64,000 nt of DNA from Phoronis australis (Eukaryota; Animalia; Phoronida): assembly GCA_002633005.1 (NCBI GenBank), contig NMRA01000001.1:1273755-1337754 (forward strand), read 5' to 3'. Each line of letters starts with the position of its first letter. The stretch's first letter is position 1. The notes under the pieces were generated by a model. The model saw only the letters and a list, made by a program, of their open reading frames with translations, was not told where the DNA came from and did no database searches. Position numbers and translations under genes: made by a program. Shown piece by piece: positions 13,001-24,676 of this stretch.

Positions 13001-16000
13001 AGGTGTGGTGGAAATTACTGCTCACTTTGTTTTAATCAGGAAATAAGCAACTTGAAAGCAATGTGGAATATAGTAAAAGAATATGGTTATGTAGAAGATA
13101 TGGAATATCTGAGATTAGAAACATGTTTTCGTGGATGTCTGTTTTTCATCACTTGTCCATTGCTTATGAGATTGTCAGTTGCTTGGAAGTCTATGCTTAG
13201 ACTTCATTTCATGTTTTTCTCCCCAAGACATTTGTCCAGCACTGCTGTTTGTGTACCTGTGACATTGTTTCTGAAGGTTATTGTGTGTAGTAAAGATACT
13301 TTCTCAATGCCCACATTTGACTAGATTCTCTCCAAAATTTTCAGGTTTAATTTCAAGTTTCCCATATTCTGTTGCTCATCCCACAGTTCTAAATTTAAAA
13401 GCCTGGGCATTAACTGATATAAGTGCTGCAGAGGATCAAGCAGATAATGAGATCTTTTAAGTTTAATTACACACAATGTAACATTACTATTTTTACTTTA
13501 ATAAAAGGTTATGTAGGAGCATAGAAAACTGGCCAAATTTGACGATCTTTGTTACGTCTTATCTCAGGAATGGCTGATTGGATTCAAATGAAACTTTCAG
13601 ATACTATGCTTTGTGCACTGTTCTTTAAAATGCTGTTAGGAATGTTTTTAAAATGTTCCACTTTTGCATGAGAGGCAATCAAAAAATTGACTTCTGATTT
13701 ATGAAAAACATACAAAAGCTGCATAAAATGGAAACTATATAATTCTTTAGAAAATTGAACAGCTTGTTTGAGATTTTATCTTGGATATTTATATCAAACC
13801 AAGTTTGGCCATGTTTTTGATGTCATTTTGCTATGAATATGTCTTTCGTTTTTGGCTAAATTTCTCTAAAAACATTGTCATGAGACCCAAGTGGTTTTAG
13901 TAGAGTATGGTAAAAAATCAAATTCTCCAGTTTCTAATTTTGGAAAATACTTTCACTGAGTTGAATTTTGTAGTTTTGTAGATATTTGGCTAAGTATACA
14001 GACTTATTAATGTGGTCCAACATAACCTTAAATGCTTAGCATGTCACAATGAGCTTGTCCAGCATTGGTCTGTTATCTGTTGCCAGACTCCAGCTCAAGA
14101 GGATGCCATAGACAGAACTCTGTGGGGTGAGTTGGAATCAGAATCCGAGTCCGAGTCAGAATCCGAGGCAGAATCGGAGGAAGAGGACGTGGATAAAACT
14201 GGTCTCATCACACCTGGCGATGCGTAAGTTGAAAAATGTTTTTATTTCCTTAATTTTGAAAGAAGATAAGTTACAGTTTTAGCTGATGCATTGTAAATAA
14301 ACCTAACGCGAATGAAGCCTCTGTGAATGAAATATTGAAAGGGCTATTATAAAAGGGTACCAGACCCTGCTTTGGTGATTTAAACTTTGAGGATTGATGA
14401 GGGTTACAGATTTATTGTTTCTTTTAGAGAGTTGGTTGGAAAGCCATTGTTAATATCTTTACTAAGGCAAAACCAGGTTTAGTATTCTTTTAGTACAGCT
14501 CCCCTGTTCCCATTATCACTTCCAACAATTGTCGTTTCCTTCAGCATCGCATCTTTCAATGCATATAAAAACAAACATCAAGCCAGGGAATATATACTGC
14601 TGTTTGCACTAGAATTCAAAGAATCTAGCATCTTGTTAATTTGAAGGATTTTAAAAGTTGTCCGCTTGTACATCGATAACAGAAAAGTCGGACTTTTTGT
14701 TGTCTCTGCAGTGGTCTAGTGACACCTAGTGGCTTGACGTCTGTACCAGCTGGCATGGAAACTCCAGACATGATTGAGTTGAGAAAGAGGCGAATAGAAG
14801 ATGCCATGGACCAGGGTGGTGACACGCCTGCATTGTACCAAGTTTTACCCGAGAAAAAGAGTGCTGTAGGTGGCGCTATGATGGGCTCCTCTCATGTGTA
14901 TGATGTCAATCCTGCTGTAAGTAGAAAGTTAATCTGTATCCCACATATTTCTGGCTATGTGCACAATTGAAATTATAGGAAAGTTCTCAAGATTGTTTTT
15001 AATTGAAGATACAATAATCAGGGCTTGGAATGACCAATGACAAAAAACGCGGAAACTTTTACGGCCCAAATCATCGCCCGACCAGCCTAGAACTGGTCAA
15101 TGTGAACCTTTCCCCGACAAAAATCGGGAAGACTAAAAAAAAAAAAAAAAACGTTACCACCATCAGTAGCATGCGTCTGCGTCCTTTTGCTCGCCCGTCT
15201 ACTCCCAACCCACACATTTTTGGCTGCAGAGCGGTAGTATTTGTCGCTGCGCTTAACAATAACACGAGACGCCATTGAAAATCACACCACGCTATCCCAG
15301 ATGCCCCAGCAATGTTGACAATTTACATTCCTTCGAACATAATGAGCAACTTCCGCTTTTCGAGGTGAACGTCGTCTGCAACGCCGCGGTAAGAAAGGAA
15401 TTTGCCGCGGAAATTTTATATCAAATCCGCTTTTTTTACGCGGAAATATAAAAAAAGCGGAAAGCACATTTGAAAAAAGCGGAAATCCGCGTTTCCGCGG
15501 AAAATTCCAAGCCCTGAATAATGAACCAGTCGAGGGTTTTAAACATCCTGTGTCAGTCATACGTAATTTTTTTGTACAATTACATTCAGCTGGTAACAAA
15601 TTTTCTCTATACTATCAGTAGTGACGTATATACTCTTCAAGCAACTAGAAATGTTTCGGTTGCTATTAATGCATGATTTCTACAAGTGGCTTTCCAAGAA
15701 CTCGATGTTTCTACCCAACTCCAAGTTACAAGCTAATTTTAACCACCAGGTTTTGCAATTACACAAAATGTTCCTCAAACCTTTCCATGCCATGATAGAA
15801 AATGACTTTCATTTAAATAAAAGTGCTTCGTTTACAAAAAAGGATATCAGAATGCTATTTGACAAGGTTGGTCAACACTTCCAGGACTTAACCAATTCGA
15901 ATCAACCTTGGGTTAAACTCTGTTGATTGTGACGGTATGAACAAGATAATTTGAGACCAGTTTGTCCTAATAGCAACAGCTATTTCATGACGAGGTTTTA

Positions 16001-16908
16001 AGTAGGCAGGAAGTGCTCTGGTAAGTGAATGTATTAACCCTTGGTTTTAATTCCCTTGCTAAAATGTAATGTGACTGTTATCCACAGGCTGGCAAGAGGC
16101 CAATGGACCGACTCCAAAGTGAGGGTATTGACATTGACTTAAATCCTGAGGAGCTTGACCTCGATTCAGCAGCCATGCAGGCAAAATATGAACAGACGTT
16201 ACGGGAACAGCAGTCACAGATTGAAAAGGAAGATCTCAGTGATATGGTGGCCGAACATGCCGCCAAACAGCAGAAAGTGAGTTATAATACAGTTCTGACA
16301 ACTGGTTTCCATCTCGGGGCTGGTTGCTGTATTTTTTCTAGCTAGTGAACGGTTGTTAAATATAGTAAGTGATGTCAGAATATCTTATGCAGAGATGCAC
16401 AGTTTAACCACATTCCAACAAACCCTGGCGAACTTTTTAAAATGTTAGTTGTAACACAATTTTTCAATTTAATGGAATTGACTCATATGCAATTCATTTG
16501 GCTTGGGACTTATACTGTGGATTGTCATAAACAAGCGAACATGATTAATGAAGCACATGACACAGGTTGGTTGTATATTGAAAATCGCAGAAATTATTGT
16601 ACGAGATAAAGAGACTATTCAAATATCAATAGACTCATAGTAACTTAAGTTCAGAATTGATGTTGGCATTTGTAGTTGAAATTGGAGCATTCCCATTTGC
16701 AATAATTCTGAGCCAACTTGTGCATCACTGGGAAATAGTTGATAATGACAACTTCCAAAGTTAAGAAAGCTTACTATAAATCTTCATGTGTTTAGGTAAT
16801 GTCAGTTGGTATTTGTCTCAGTACTCTTAATATTTTGTGTTTCAGAAACGAAAGAAACAACAGCAAGAGGGCAACAAGGCAAAAAAATACAAAGAGTTCA
16901 AGTTCTAG
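85..16908 (+). CDS. SF3B2: Splicing factor 3B subunit 2 (SAP145), multi-exon, 5' part lies upstream of the window
   Basis: Frame-consistent GT-AG exons: 85-195, 928-1081, 1424-1539, 2237-2598, 2819-2897, 4048-4170, 5928-6089, 6549-6701, 7124-7273, 8621-8710, 9310-9417, 9943-10050 (second copy 12895-13002), 14087-14223, 14712-14916, 16088-16276, 16846-16908. Hallmark peptides: RLSVAELKQLVTRPDVVEMHD, RNSVPVPRHWCFKRKFLQGKRG, RPKMGKIDIDYQKLHDAFF, PPPWLIAMQRYGPPPSYPNLKIPGLN, FGYHAGGWGKPPVDE, C-terminal KKYKEFKF*. Confidence 0.96.
1027..1056 (+). repeat. (CAG)10 microsatellite encoding polyglutamine in an SF3B2 exon
   Basis: Ten uninterrupted CAG units, in frame within exon 928-1081. Confidence 0.95.
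3144..3613. repeat. ~170-bp direct duplication (3144-3313 and 3444-3613) around a single N; part of a dispersed repeat family
   Basis: Two apparently identical copies 300 bp apart with an N at 3315. A diverged relative lies at about 26145-26340. Confidence 0.75.
4690..5525. mobile_element. Non-autonomous PIF/Harbinger-like MITE, complete copy
   Basis: TIRs GGGCTGTTCCAG(C/T)AAAATC...GATTTTACTGGAACAGCCC flanked by a 3-bp TSD TTA (4687-4689 and 5526-5528). Related copies at 7836, 17910 and 33979. Confidence 0.88.
7438..7778. mobile_element. Palindromic (foldback) MITE flanked by TTAA
   Basis: Imperfect termini AGTGGCTATAAACC / GGTTCATTGCGACT, each next to TTAA. Internal inverted motifs AATTGGTCTCAAATTGTT / AACAATTGGAGACCAATT. 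A relative lies at about 48885-49220. Confidence 0.6.
7836..8348. mobile_element. Harbinger-like MITE copy, inverted relative to 4690-5525, truncated by a gap
   Basis: Starts taa|GGGCTGTTCCAGTAAAATC and is the reverse complement of about 4935-5525. The ORF track shows shared peptides on opposite strands (4935..5144+ vs 8140..8445-). Confidence 0.88.
12444..13048 (+). repeat. Second copy of 9495-10096, including the SF3B2 FGYHAGGWGKPP exon; probable haplotype duplication
   Basis: Near-identical ~605 bp with a few SNPs and indels. One copy ends at the N at 10097; the other starts right after a long N gap. Confidence 0.85.
13507..14027. mobile_element. Degenerate TIR element (possibly TTAA-targeting)
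   Basis: Ends GGTTATGTAGGA...TCCAACATAACC followed by TTAA. Related termini at about 1643 and 8836. The left TSD is not intact. Confidence 0.45.
15019..15516. mobile_element. hAT-like non-autonomous element
   Basis: TIR CAGGGCTTGGAAT...ATTCCAAGCCCTG, subterminal CGCGGAAA repeats, and a direct repeat AATAAT on both flanks. Confidence 0.75.
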
Positions 16909-17048
16909 CTCTATGTTCATGTTGTTAAGACCAATCTACTTGTACTGGACATTGCAATTTTTTCTAATGGATGGTCATTAGTACCACCATACTTTTGATC
17001 TGTACATGCCTGTGACTATGTGTACCATTTCTAATGAAAAATGTTTTT

Positions 17049-17054
17049 AATAAA
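17049..17054 (+). promoter_or_regulatory. Likely SF3B2 polyadenylation signal
   Basis: AATAAA 140 nt after the stop codon, followed by a GT/T-rich tract. Confidence 0.6.
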
Positions 17055-17909
17055 CCAAAACATTTATTTCTTCCAGTTGTTGTTGATTCTCAGTAAATCA
17101 ACGTTTTAACAATTTCATGTTCATTCCTACTTCAGTCTGAAACAAGAATTCAAAATTAAACCAACAGATGTAGTTTTTTTCCGTAATCAGAAATCAGACA
17201 ACTCTAGTTCCATGGATTTCATCTGTGGCAAAATTTCCTCAGATTGTCTCACTGGTGTCATTTTCAAGTGCATTATGTGATGGTTGTCTGATCACAGATA
17301 CATCCAGGGACATCACAGAAAACTTGGCGAGGTGTAAACAAAATGACAAAAAACGACACTTATCATTTACGTACACAAAAATGAAGCACAGGTCCAGTGC
17401 AACATTGTTTCAAGTGCGAGTATGACTGCGACCAGACTAAAAGTGAGCCACAAACTGCATCAAATTACAGACTATCAATGCGTCAAATCTATTTTCTGCC
17501 TATTTTGCGTTTTTTATCTTAATTTTCTTGGTACAGAAGATAACTCCATACACCCAACCATAAGCACCCTAAAATTTTGGGTTATTCGTTAACTTGTGAA
17601 ACGTAAACAAAGTTTTGGTTCTGTGTTCATGAAAACGCCTCTCCATAAATGTTGACCGTGTGATAAAGCTACACTCGGGGTCAGAAGGTCACAGTAAAAT
17701 GTTTATGCTTGTAGTTAAAAACAAACATCAAAACTGCAATTGCTGATAGTGCAAAATTTTGTGATGGACTTCAACAGCTTGTTCAAGACTATAATAGGGA
17801 AAATTTGAATGAAATTTGCAACTGTAGCACAAAAAATTACACTGAAAATGGAACACATTCATAGCCATAAATGTATAGAATAGAGCATATTTTGCGTGAA
17901 ACATTCTCA

Positions 17910-18469
17910 AGGCTGTTCCAGCAAAATCTGTGTGGGAGGGGGGGGAAGGCAACTGAAAAAAAAAATTATGGGTGGTTGCGTTTGATTTAAATTCAAAATG
18001 GCTGGTGGTCATACTTCAAAAAAATAAAAATTTACAGGTCGTTGTTGTTTCATTGGGCCATAAATGTTTGATGGTGGGTAATTTTAGTAAATTTTATAAA
18101 CAATCTGCACAGAATCAAAAACTGAAACAAAATGCAACTTGCAAAAAGCTCCGACTTTTTCACTCCCTCCGATCTCCTCATTGGCATGTCCATAACACCA
18201 TTTAACCACAGGTGCTTGAATTTCTTGATGGCTAATAACCATAGAAACATATGTTTTCTTAGTAATGAATGACGTTAGTGGTGATGGAGGAACAGATAAA
18301 CTCAAGCGCCTGTGCAGTCAACCACGAGAACAAAAAAATACGGGTGGTTGCATTTCAAACTTATAAAAAATTACGGGTGATAGGCTGAAAAAATGAATGA
18401 AAAATATGGGTGGTGGGTGCGAAAAAAGGTGCCTTCCCCCCTCTCATACAGATTTTACTGGAACAGCCC
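17910..18469. mobile_element. Harbinger-like MITE with the same TIRs and a different interior
   Basis: AGGCTGTTCCAGCAAAATC...GATTTTACTGGAACAGCCC with TSD TCA on both sides (17907-17909 and 18470-18472). Confidence 0.85.
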
Positions 18470-18580
18470 TCAAGGAAATTTTACCACCTAAAAGACAAAT
18501 TACCAACTGGTAACATATCCACAAGTTATCTGTGATGTCACCTGATGTTTACAAGCAGACTGTAGATGAAATCTTCCAAG

Positions 18581-21500
18581 TCAATCGGTGGTAGGAAGTC
18601 GCTTCCTGTCCTTGGAAGCAATCTTTTTCCGTCTCTTGCTTAAATACTGCTCAACTTTCCCACTTTTCTTCAGTTCTCTGAATTTTTCTGCCAGTTCCAA
18701 TGTTTTTCGATCAGCTAAAAATAAAAGGTTTGCGTCACAGAGTTGAACATTCGCCAAGTTTCTCAAACAGTAAAGAAACATACTGTTGCCTGGAAGGTGT
18801 TCCAAACATTTTTCTTTCCCTTACTGACATGTAATCTACAATCATTATTTGCTGCAGCATTCCGTCAGTCTTGAAAATGTTGCACAACATGGACTGGAAA
18901 TCCTAAGAAAAACTATGAAACAAGACTTATCGATTTGGTCAGTTTATTGACATGTCACCGGGTAGGCTCCATCGCTGTGTTTCAGAACATTCTTTAATTA
19001 TGTAATGACCACAATGGTCAAATTCTTATTTCTAACGAGACTGGCTGTCAGAGAACAGGTGACCAGAAGTCTCGGTTCACATCATCCAGGGGAGGTGGAC
19101 AACTTAGTAAACTCAGCCTAGTGCAGTCACCCACTTACACTTTTTCAAGAAAAAAGGAAGTTTCCCGGAGGAAACGTGTTTGTTTTCCATCTTTTTCACC
19201 GTTCGGTTCAGAGCAACTTTCTTTTCCTTGTCTTTACGAACTTGTTCTTGTTGTGACTGTAACATGGCAAACATGAAAAATGCATGTATTCTTAACAAAT
19301 CTACAAAATAAACCCTGATTGTGAACAATTTTGATGTCTATTTTTATCAGTAATTCAAAAGCAAATAGATAATCATAATTAATGTGCTGAAACCATAAAA
19401 AGGCAAACTAATATTGTTTCAAAAATACCATGACGACTTAGTGAAATGAAATGAGTATGCTAAAACTTCAATCTTTGTCGAAGGGGTGTTATGTTACCAA
19501 ACACATCCTCAGGACAGCATTTGCTTCATGAAAGTGACGTTAGACTCATTTGTCTTAAAAATTCATTCATTCTGACAAGCTGTCCCACTTCAGTTACTGA
19601 ATATTTTTCCCATTTAATTACTAATGCATCAGTTTGGAAACAATCAATATAGATCGAACAAATTTTAAGAGACCTTAGATGTTTGCTCAGATGGGATAAA
19701 AATTTTTTGGTTGGAAAAATTGGAGTACAATGAAATTTCTGTCAGACAATTTTTCGGTTATTTTTCTTGAAATGAAACCCTAATTTTCCAACACATGCAA
19801 GCGCAGGTAAATTGGAAGGAGGCACTGTACAAAGTGTTTAATATAATAAACAGGCAGCATGGAAGAAAATAAATAATTTCTTCGCGGCTTAAAAGCTGTC
19901 TTTGTGACGACAATGAGGTTCAGGAATAACCGAGTTCAGGCTTTAATGTAGCCACAGACACAACAGGTGAACTCCAGTCCATCCATAAGTAATTGTTAAA
20001 CAAAGGAACATCAAGTAATGGTTCTGAAATGTACTGCACAGAAAAACAGGATTTACATGTAAACTTGACGAAGTTACCAGTTCTGACAGAATTGCTTATT
20101 AATAAAAGCAATCATGGCAGATAAGGAATAAACTTACCATTCGGTTTACTAAGTATTTTATCTGCTCTTTCTTTTCAGGGTCTTTTTCCTTAATGAGTTG
20201 TTTCTTTAGTTTCTAAATATAAACAAGACATGCTACATAATCATTATCCCACCAACTATATCCACAATGCAACTGGAAAAAGAGCAAGGGTAAGTCTCTG
20301 CTTATTTCGCACAAAAGTAATAGACAAAATTGTCAACAATTTGTCACTCTTCAGAGGCTGATTATGTTACTGTAAATAATGGAAACTTGACCAGACGTTG
20401 TTTATGACATCTTCGCAGCGCAAACCATGCTAGCAATGGACAATAAATATCATAGTCTTAATGTTTGTGACTAAAAAAGTTTCACTTGTCGGCCATATTG
20501 CGTGCTGAATATGTGAATTACTGAACAAATCACAACAAAGCCAAACCTTATTTTTTGCAAACATTTTGAAGAGACCACAAGTGGCATAGTTTGATTCAAT
20601 ACCCATGACTATGAAAAAAATCATTTCAGGGCGTCTGGTACTTGTTGTACCAGGTGTGCGCAAGACGCTCAGGTGGCCCATTGCACTAACCACCTGAAAC
20701 CATTTTTCTGTTTCAAACCAGCTGAGAAGCTAGAGACCAGGCTCAAGGGTCCAGCAGTGTGCCCCAGTGGGACTCAAGGGTCCAGCAGTGTGCCCCAGTG
20801 GGACTCAAGGGTCCAGCAGTGTGCCCCAGTGGGACTCAAGGGTCTAGCAGTGTGCTACAGTGGGACTCCAATCCACAATGCTGAGTAAAACAAGAAGACA
20901 TTAGCACCACCTGGTGAATGTATGAGAACTGAATATCACTAAGCATTTGTATTGAAAGGCTTGCGTTAGCATGTCAAAATGATTTCCCCAAAAAAGAGCA
21001 ATGTGGGTATCATGAAAACATGAATTAGAATGTTACTTGACAGCAATTGTTTCTATTATAGAAGCCATAGCACTTCATCAAAAAAGTAACACTGCGTATT
21101 TCAAAACAACACCAAACTTTTCTAGGTTGCTGTTTGGTTGACAAGCGATGTTTATTTTGTTTCGATGAGAACTGACCCCCAATAAGAATGACCGAGTCGC
21201 AGAACGGAACGGTGTAGCTATGTTTAATTTTGTTAGGCCTACTGACTGTAAACAGTTGATCAGCTTTGCGTAACGTGTGATTGTCACATTGAGGTTGCTT
21301 CTTGTAAATTTATGTATTTTTTGCTATGGCAATAAAATGGCATCGGTTTGAAAAAAAAAGAAGACACTTACCCCACTGGACCACACTGCCTCCTCTACCA
21401 ACAACTAGGCATAGAAACTAATAGTAAAGCCGAATTGCAGAAAAGGTAAATGGTTAACTGCTGATATCTAAAGAAGAGGAAATGATAAAGGTTAAGATAG

Positions 21501-24444
21501 AAAGAGGAAGACACCTGGAGATCTCTGCCCTTCACATCATTCAGAAATCCATAGGAGCGTTGAAAGACGTCTTCTTTGAACTCGCCAGACAAGTCATCAA
21601 AGCGTGGATCACGATGTACCTGAATGAAAAACAGTCAAGTGTCACCTTCAGAATGCTAGCAGCCACATAAAAGTGAACAGTCCCAAAGTGATGTCTAATT
21701 AAGAGAGGTCTGTTAATGAAATAAACTTATATACAGGAAAAAGTTTGTGTTTTTGAAAATAAAACCCCCAAAAGGTAATTGCATTGGGCCTTAAACTTAA
21801 CACAGCGTTTTAGCACTTACTGCTACCTGTGGGCAGAACTCACTTTTTTCTTTGTAACTATAACATCTCTATGACGTGCAACTGGTACTTTGGCAGACAT
21901 TTCCATCGGTCGGTTTTTGTTGGCTCTTTTAAACACTTGCTTCTTATGCTCTGACATGGTGGGCTTTTTTCCAAACACGGCTTGCTGAAATCTAATGCAA
22001 CATTTCCACATAATACACATTTCTTTTTACTAGCTCTTGTCACAGAATGTCACCAGTTTATAGTCAAGTTAAGATTGTGTACTCGTTTTTCATGAGTTCT
22101 TCAGAACATAAGAACATTCTTATAATCCCTGGGTTATTTTATTCCACAAAAATGTTGACATATTGTATTCGGAGACGATTATTGCCAAGCATAACTGAAT
22201 GCATCCATCAGCTCCAAAATAAGAATTGCAAACAGTTATTAAAATGTTTTTATTCATCTCATAAAATTTTCCACGGTTTTCCATATTAAGTTTTTACTTT
22301 TTCCATTTTCCATGGGTTTGCGTGGAAATTATTTTTATTTTCTAGGATTGCCATGATAAAACGCAACCACACAGTTAGCATAATTAGTGTCCCCTTCCAC
22401 ACTTTACTTGATGCAATTCACCACTTGCTGCATTCTCAAAATGCAGCCATACAAAAGAATCTTGAACGCTTTAATTATGCTTGAAACAGCCACTGGAATG
22501 CAGTAATGCTGAACAATGAACATCCAATCAACCGTAAAACCTAATGGTACAAGACTAGAAAACAAAGCTTCATAAAATGAACCATGACTGACCACAAAAC
22601 ACAGGCAGATACAGTTATGCCTTAAAACCGAATGTAGAGAATATCAAGAATGGCACTGGCAATGCAAAAACACATCTAAGAAACACTGCCACCTTTTGTC
22701 CAGGATAGGTGGTCTTTAAAGGTCTTGCTTCACTTCGAATATCAGTGAAAAAAGGTTGCGAAACCTCTGGCTGCTTGAAAACCTTTAAACCGGTTGATGT
22801 GGTTGCAAAGTTTTTAAAAGTAAACATTGAACATAGTACTCACACTTTAGTGCCCAATTTATCTTTCAACTTCTGGAGCTCGTTGAATGGCAGACTCATT
22901 AACTCTAAAATATGAAATAAACTTCGTTTTGGTACAAGAAGACTAAGAATATTGATGCACAACAACTAAATACAACAATGCCTGTAGGTATCATCTGACC
23001 TGAGAAACAAATTCAATTTGTATTATCCTTATCTTAAACAGAACCATGCAGATTAAATTAACATGTTGTTCATTAATAGACACTCATGCTAATTTGCATA
23101 TTACCGCATAGGGATGAAAAGATGAGGTCATCTAAGAAACATTAGCCATGCTTACATCACTGCAACTACATTAAATGTTTGTCAAACTTACCTTCATGAA
23201 TGGCATCCTGTAAACAGAGAATAATCCAGTCTATTAAAACTGATTGAAAAATTCAACACTAGGAAAAATACGACATTAAAAAAATATCTTAAACAAGGCA
23301 GCACACATTAGGACAAAAGTTTAAGAGTTATCATGGACTGGCAGCAAGACATGAAACTTGCACAAATGAGATCTGATTCATTTTACCTAGTTTATGTACA
23401 ATTTTTCCAATTATTAAGAAAATTATTTTGTCACTCTTGGTCTATAAAACTGCATTTTTAACTGCTAACAAAGCTTTACCATTTTGTCCAGCTTTTCCGT
23501 TTTACTGTCTTCACATTTCCCACTGCTAGAGTTTGCTGCATCGCCCTCATCACTAGAACTGTTGCCACTAACATTGTCAGCATCGTCATCACTTGTGTCT
23601 CCAAGCTCATCAACAGACTCTTCATCTTCTACATCTTCTGAGCTACTCACCCTTAAAGCATTACCATTGTCATCATCATCATCATCATGTTCACTGGATT
23701 TTATATACCTGTCGTCTTCATCACTATCATCTCCTGGAGTCCTTGACTTTTTGTTTACTTTTGTTGATTTACTCGACTTTATTTTTTCAGTGAATTGTTG
23801 AATGGCATCCTCGTCATCAGAAGTTGAGTCAGAAGATTGTTCCCCAGAGAACTTGCTGGCTACTAATTTGGATAAACTGTCTTGTATGCCTCCTGAATTA
23901 GACAGGGCGTTTAATTTGTCTTTTCTCTTCTGAAAGAATTGTGACAAAATAATTAAGGTACATGACAGACACAATCTATTTTTGTGACAACATTCCATAA
24001 GACAGTTATCAAATATATATCTGAATACCTGCTATATGTCTTAGACTAAGTATTGCCTAGTTTGCAAGAATAGGCCATCAAATCAGCCTCCCGTTCAGTA
24101 ACGCTAGGACCTCGCTAAAAAGCAAGACTTCGCGAGATTACGTGAAATATTGCCGTGAATTTTAAATGAGAGCATGTGACTTTGACTAGGTTTTAGCTGG
24201 GTCCTAGCGTCTACTGAACGCACGCCAGACAAAAGTCATCACTCAGCCAACGCACGTTCCACAAATTTGGTTGCAGAATAATGAATAGAAGAACGGAAAT
24301 CTCTATCACCGTTAACTACACAGAGTGTATCTAAGTATTGGATAGAACAGGCTGTGAGGCTGAGAACAAGGGAAAGGGTGAGAATATTTTCTAATACTAC
24401 GTTACCCGTTTATGTTTGCACGTGAACTTGTTTACATCCGCCAT
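18581..24444 (-). CDS. RRP36: Ribosomal RNA processing protein 36 homolog
   Basis: Minus-strand exons: 24444-24406 (ATG), 23929-23480 (acidic, low complexity), 23207-23192 (16-nt microexon), 22904-22844, 21991-21844, 21619-21515, 20212-20138, 19256-19139, 18714-18581; all phases are consistent. Family motifs: KRANKNRPMEMSAKVPV, RDPRFDDLSG, SYGFL, GKLPFFLKKS, LKKSGKVEQYLSKRRKK. Confidence 0.9.
20742..20868. repeat. 31-bp minisatellite, ~4 copies, in an RRP36 intron
   Basis: Unit CTCAAGGGTCCAGCAGTGTGCCCCAGTGGGA at 20742, 20773, 20804 and 20835. Confidence 0.9.
24092..24220. mobile_element. Small inverted-repeat element (MITE-like) in RRP36 intron 1
   Basis: CGTTCAGTAACGCTAGGACCTCGCTAAAA ... 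TTTTAGCTGGGTCCTAGCGTCTACTGAACG, ~29-bp imperfect inverted arms. Confidence 0.55.
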
Positions 24445-24676
24445 ATTGGAAATAGGCCGCTTCCATAACAGTAAAATTGTTTTATATTTTAGAAAATTAT
24501 CAAAATATTAACGGATAATATTCACAATTTCGAGACTACTAGAGCTACATATATTCTGCAATGCTGCAACTCACTTTCGTTATGATTGCTGCTCTATTTA
24601 AAAAAAGTTTTCTAAACTATCATTTTTATTTCACGAAGGAACATGCGCAATGATTCTGCTCACAAGACGACGAATA
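24445..24676. promoter_or_regulatory. Probable bidirectional promoter between RRP36 and the coiled-coil gene
   Basis: Divergent ATGs about 230 bp apart. A YY1-like CCGCCATATT overlaps the RRP36 start. Confidence 0.5.

Noticed and set aside
20742-20868. 31-bp repeats as CRISPR or coding sequence
   Set aside because: Head-to-tail minisatellite without spacers, inside an intron.
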